Below the pieces are notes generated by a model, which saw only the letters and a list, made by a program, of their open reading frames with translations, searched no databases and was not told the DNA's origin. From Octopus vulgaris (lineage: Eukaryota): DNA of 64,000 nt. This document shows, piece by piece, positions 58,606 through 64,000 of the stretch; within the stretch, counting starts at the first letter, position 1; each line of letters opens with the position of its first letter. A program made the translations under genes and the position numbers. The DNA lies in the NCBI GenBank assembly GCA_951406725.2, contig OX597814.1, positions 71,238,001 to 71,302,000 on the forward strand. The letters are read 5' to 3'.

Positions 58606-58663
<58 letters not shown>

Positions 58664-59374
58664 ACAACTTGTTGGTGACGGTGTTGTTGCCATCAGAAGT
58701 CTTCGATATTCTCGTTTATTTTCATCGAAACTTTATTGCCAATTAGATTTCGATTTTTCCTCTTTTGTTAAATAGAAACAGAAATAAAAGCCGATGTTTT
58801 AGTAAAGAAACATTTCAAAGAACAGGAGGCTGAGAGGAAGAGTGGCGGCGAGTCAGAGAGAGAGAGAGTGGGGAGAGAGTTAAGAAGGAAACAAGATGAC
58901 GGAGTGGGTGAATTTAATAAAAGAAAAGAAAAAGAGATAAAAGGGAGAAATATTTTCAAATTCATATTATTTCTGTGAATTGTTTATTTGCAAATCTATT
59001 CACACATTCTTCCAGCCATATTATTATTTACCAATTCACCTTCTTCCATCTTACAGGGAAGCAGTTCAATAACTTGTTACTATTGATTATGCTGTTCTTC
59101 AATATTTATAGAATACTTTTCTGATCCACCGCTGCTGTTTTTCCCTTCAGCGTCACCTCAATCCTCAGTTCACTTAGTTTATTTACCCTGAGATTTTCAT
59201 TTCTTTCACTTTTGATAGAAAATGAACTCCTTTAACGAACCCGTATAAAAGATAAATACATACGTACTTTTGAGGTACATACATACGTACGTAAGTATGT
59301 ACCTCAAAAGTAGCGAGAATATTTTCGAGTAAAAGTTCGTGTTTTCATATGTGTATGCATACACATATTTTTTT

Positions 59375-60003
59375 CTAATCAAGGCACAAGGCCTGAAATC
59401 TTGGGGGAGGGGGCGGTTGATTAGATCGACTCCAGAACCCAACTGGTACTTACTTTATCAACTCCGAAAGGATGAAAGGCAAAGTTGACCCTGTCTTTAC
59501 TCAGAACGTAAAGACAGACGAAATACTGCTAAGCATTTCACTCGGCGTGCTAACGTTTCAGCCAGCTCGTCGCCTTTGTGTGTACACATATCCTTTTAAA
59601 TTTCGGATCTTGTGCCTAGAGGCACAAGGTCCGAAATTTTGGGGAAGGAGACCAATCTATTAGAAAGATTCCAGTACACAACTGGTACTTATTTTATCCA
59701 CTCCGAAAGGATGAAAGGCAAAGTTGACCCCGGCAGAATTTAAACTCTGAACGTAAAGACAGACGAATACCTATTTCTTTACTACCCACAAGGGTCTAAG
59801 CACAGAGAGGACAAACAAGGACAGACAAACGGATCAAGTTGATTATATCGACCCCAGTGCGTAACTGGTACTTATTTAATCGACCCTGAAACGATGAAAG
59901 GCAAAGTCGAGCTCGGCGGAATTTGAACTTAGAACATAGCGGCACACGAAATACGGCTAAGCATTTCGCCGGCGTGCTAACGATTCTGCCAGCTCGCCGC
60001 CTT
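59375..60003 (-). mobile_element. Cluster of three to four SINE copies (family of 7241) in the same orientation
   Basis: ggatgaaaggcaaagt recurs at ~59470, ~59710 and ~59893, and the 3' tails recur at ~59380, ~59620 and ~59780. Confidence 0.8.
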
Positions 60004-61784
60004 TGTGTCTACACATATTAACATCACATGTACTCAAGATTTTGATTGTATACAGTCGGTTGGTTAAATTCAAACATCGACAAATACAGAGTTTAGAAAC
60101 AAAATATCTTTGAGGTATTTCAACCAAATATAACTGGGAAATTAAAACAATATCAGAGGAAATATTGCTACCTAAGATATTTGCTCAAATAAAAATCGTT
60201 AACATTTTCATTGCTAGTTCATTGTATGCAGGTTTATGACTAGTTCATTGTATGCAGGTTTATGACATTGTCACAAACTGGTGGCAAATCACTATGTGGT
60301 ACTAATAGAGTTGTACTCTATGTTAACAGATAATTGTAACTTATTTTCTTGACCTCAGGTGGATTAAAGTTCACATAAGTGGGAATGAAAAGAAACAAAA
60401 CTAAATGTTAATACAATCGCTTTACTGTTTTCGCCATCCATCGCTTTGCAGCAATTTACCCAGCCATTATTTTAAGTTTATTCACTAAAACTTTAAAACC
60501 GGTTAGAATGTGCCCCATTGATTATGTCGAATATTACAGAAACGTTCTTCTGAAGACCCACTTTCGCCTGCATTCAATGTTTAATTAATTTCTATTAATC
60601 TAAATTTCAAGGTTGTCTTCCCTGCCTGTTTGACTAAAATTAGCTACTAACACAAAATGTTGTGATTCGAACACTACCCGCTAGATACTCGGTTAGACAT
60701 CACTTGTGAACCACCACTGTTTCACGAGATTGATCTATAAATCGACCAACCAGCGTGAATCTGTGGCGTAATATGGCTTTTCGAATATTCTAGAATTTAC
60801 CCTTTCTTTGTTACCCCATAACAATCGTATGGCACCTAACTCAGCAGATAGAAGGTGCATTCGAGTAGACGACTTTGGGTACTCGGACAGACCAATTCTG
60901 ATCTTTCACACGATGTCCCATAATTAGCTTTCTACGGACACGGTGTGGTTTTTCTCTCCTCCCAGTCGGTAATTATATCATTAACATTTTGCATTAGAAA
61001 TAGCCAACGCAAAATATTATGTTCAACAGTAAATTTAAAGGTTCGTAAGTTTTCTTCAGTTATTATTCACGCTGCTATCAACGCCCCACATTGCTAGTGT
61101 AAAACACTAACAAGCACACCACAGCAATGGTGATAAAGCCACCCGTAGCAACGATGGCGACTCGGACGTTAACAATATTGACCACCTTGACACAAGCGAC
61201 CAAGCAGCAATGATTTTATCCTCACTGTAGATGTAAACTTAATGACGTGAGCCATTTCTTGGCACACAACATTAAATATGTTGACACCAACTTTACTCGA
61301 AACACACAAACCAATGAAGGATTCTCCTTACCGACACTGAAATTTCTCTCAAATCACATCTTATCATTTTAGGAAAAAAAACAAAACAGAAGCAAAATCA
61401 ACACTGCAAAGATCTACAACATGAAGAGAGGGCTATGACTAGAATACTCTCGATCGTAAGTTTACCTAATTAGGGACAATCTGCAGCTAAACAATTACAA
61501 AATGGATTAGATAAAAAGCTGCATTTAGGCAACATTTAGAGATTTTCCAAAAGCATTAGAGAAATGATTGCACTTCACACAAAGGAAACTGATCGCTGGT
61601 TGGCTGGCAATTGATCCCTGTACTATTTAATATTTCCATTCACAGGAATAGTCTTATGGATAATATTTCATGTCACCGGCAAGTTCATCTTCATTGGCTC
61701 TATGTGAATATCCTTTATGCAAGATGTGGCATGAGCTTGGTTTCTGCAGAAAACATTTGCATAATGTTTTTACACAAAAGAACT

Positions 61785-62470
61785 ATAGTTTCGAGGTTTT
61801 TGCCTCTCGTCAACGTACGGTAATCACGGGTTTTCGATGAGGATAGACCTGTTTGCGAATATCTATTTAATGTTTTTCCCAGCAACCGCTGTCACTGATT
61901 TCGAAAAACTGTCTGAAAGCAATAATAAATCTCTGAACGAGATGTAAACAGTAACCCCTCGACAACGTAAAGTATACTAACCATCTCAATATGGCTAACC
62001 ACTAAGGGTGGGTGTTACTGAAGCTTTTAGCCCCAGGAGATCATCGTCTCCAGCTGGCTTTAGACACACTTTCTGTGCCCACCCACCCTTAGTGGTTAGC
62101 CATATTGAGATGGCTAGTATACTTTACGTTGTCGAGCGTTACTGTTTACATCTCGTTCAGAGATTTATTATTGCTTTAAGATAGTTTTTTGAAATCAGTG
62201 ACAGTGGTTGCTGGGAAAAACATTAAATAGATATTCGCAAACAGGTCTATCCTCATCGAAAACCCGTGATTACCGTACGTTGACGAGAGGTAAAAACCTC
62301 GAAACTATAAGTCCGTGCGTATCACTTAGGTTTACGAGAGGGGATGACCTCCCTTTGCGAATATCATAAGGGTACAGAAAGTGTGTCTAAAGCCAGCTGG
62401 AGACGATGATCTCAGTAACACCCACCCTTAGTGGTTAACCATATTGAGATGGCTAATATACTTTACGTTA
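61785..62470. mobile_element. ~340-bp hammerhead-bearing monomer in partial tandem plus inverted copy (retrozyme or Penelope pseudo-LTR-like)
   Basis: 61785-62013 is inverted relative to 62081-62309. 62081 recurs at 62421 (period 340), and 62373-62470 is inverted relative to 61965-62075. A third partial copy lies at 63103-63215. Confidence 0.8.
62275..62318 (+). ncRNA. Candidate hammerhead ribozyme with U3 variant core
   Basis: gtacg TTGACGA gagg-taaaaa-cctc GAAA ctataag T C cgtgc, with the GUC site at 62311-62313. Confidence 0.65.
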
Positions 62471-63425
62471 TATATATACAGTAAATAAGAAAATGGTGAG
62501 GATGCAAAAACGACATACATCAGCCGGTTGACATTCTAGTATGTCTATTTATTCAAAAGTATTAAAAAGTAATAGAATACATGCACATATAATAACTATG
62601 TGTTACATACACATGTACTAATATTACAGAAAAGAGCAAAAGAGCAAAAGATCAGATTGTCAGCAGGTTCTAGTTCCTTACGGCTGTTTCTGCCAAATCC
62701 TCCATGCCATCTCCATCTCTTCGGTGTTCTGCAGGGATGGGCAGATAAAGTTTGGATGATGAATGTGCCTCTACGCTTGGACGAAATAACATGGATCTTG
62801 GAATACATCACGGGTAATCTGTAGTTTATTCTCCTTCCTATACCCAAATAATTTTAATAAGTTGTGCTTCACTAACATCCTCATGTTTGCTCCTATTCTT
62901 TTTCTGCCCTTTCAAAAAGACAAACACACTGCACCTATTGTTAACTGTTTCTTATTTGTATTAACCCTCCCAACCACATGGACCCTCAGAAGAAGCCTAG
63001 AGGCACATTCATCTTCCAAATACTATCTGCCCATCCCTACTGAGGGATGAAGATGGCATGAAGGATTTCGTTGCCTCTTGGCAGAAACGGCCATCTTTTG
63101 CTCAGTGACAGTGGTTGCTGGGAAAAACATTAAATAGATATTCGCAAGCAGGTCTATCCTCATCGAAAACCCGTGATTACCGTACGTTGACGAGAGGCAA
63201 AAACCTCGAAACTATATATATATATATATTTCAATGGATGAATGAATTATCCTATGTTTACCGTTAACATGGAAAATTCAATAAACCGTTACCAGGGTAG
63301 CAAAATTCACGTCAGAAACACGGTTGAAGCGACCTATCCAAAGGTAGAATGTGCAGTAATTTGTGTGTTATAAATGAATAAATAAATAAATGGAGTTGAA
63401 CGAAGATGTTAATAAAATTCTTTTA

Positions 63426-63507
63426 CTTTCGACATATGTTTCGAAGACAACATGGTTTTATTCCAAAGGAATAAACGGTGTAAAATGCAATCTTCTCATC
63501 AGGAAAG
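63426..63507 (-). ncRNA. Canonical-core type-I hammerhead ribozyme with extended stem II
   Basis: ctttc CTGATGA gaaga-[43 nt including tttattcc/ggaataaa hairpin]-tcttc GAAA catatg T C gaaag, with palindromic stem III (ACATATGT). Confidence 0.8.
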
Positions 63508-63629
63508 AAAGAGAGCCTCTCTCAACAACAAGACATTATAGCAATTACGATGACTGCCTACATGATAAACAGAACGTTATTAAGTATTTAAAAAAGCCGT
63601 TAGTAGATTTGACATCAAATATATAATAT

Positions 63630-63674
<45 letters not shown>

Positions 63675-64000
63675 AATGAAAGATGAATATCAGTTTATTA
63701 CACATTACGAAAGAGCTACTAATAGTTTCATACTTTTAGGATATTTTAAATAGGTAGATTTATAAAACACGTTATGTATCTTCAAGCAATATTTCAGGTT
63801 CTGTTTATGCGTTAGATATAGTTTAAAAACCAGGATGCTGGACAGTAAGAAGATAAGAAAAAACAAGAAGACAAACGCAAAGAAGATTGATGCAAAAATA
63901 GAACGAGAAGGAAACGAAAGTAAGAAAATCAACATTCTCGTCCTCTCTCATTGCAGAAACCAATTAGTGCAGCCAGTGTAGAACAAAATAACAGAAAATA

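Noticed and set aside
59045-59192. Possible minus-strand host exon (AG...GT bounded)
   Set aside because: There is no convincing open frame or recognisable protein, and no neighbouring exons.
60214-60266. 26-bp direct duplication
   Set aside because: It is an ordinary local tandem duplication with no further structure.
62640-63104. Imperfect inverted repeat (62640-62726 vs 63040-63104) as a MITE or ribozyme
   Set aside because: The arms are gapped and diverged, there is no TSD, and no valid hammerhead core is present.

Overview
This is a eukaryotic, AT-rich and microsatellite-rich window. The SINE families and repeat style resemble an octopus or other coleoid cephalopod genome (inference from recall, not from a search). 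I found no host protein-coding gene, rRNA, true tRNA or CRISPR array, and most long ORFs in the track are microsatellite artefacts. The window is mainly transposons. (1) A head-to-tail stack of four different R4/Dong-type RLE retrotransposons sits in (TAA)n tracts at 8.5-17.4 kb, with a near-identical inverted copy at 52.7-53.8 kb. (2) A full-length Tx1-clade element lies in (TC)n, a CR1-like LINE in (TATG)n, and an RTE LINE ends in a (GAT)n tail. (3) There are three Penelope-like elements, a HERO-like fragment, mariner, hAT, Merlin-like and Helitron remnants, and two SINE families. The main signal not explained by the ORF track is at least seven unrelated repeat families that each carry a minimal type-I hammerhead ribozyme fold with a palindromic stem III. 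Several have variant cores (G3-C8, U3, C4, U10.1-U11.1), and two families form roughly 340-bp partial tandems resembling retrozymes or Penelope pseudo-LTRs. One directly repeated hammerhead pair brackets a Tx1-type gag-like ORF1. All ribozyme calls are manual folds and activity is untested.
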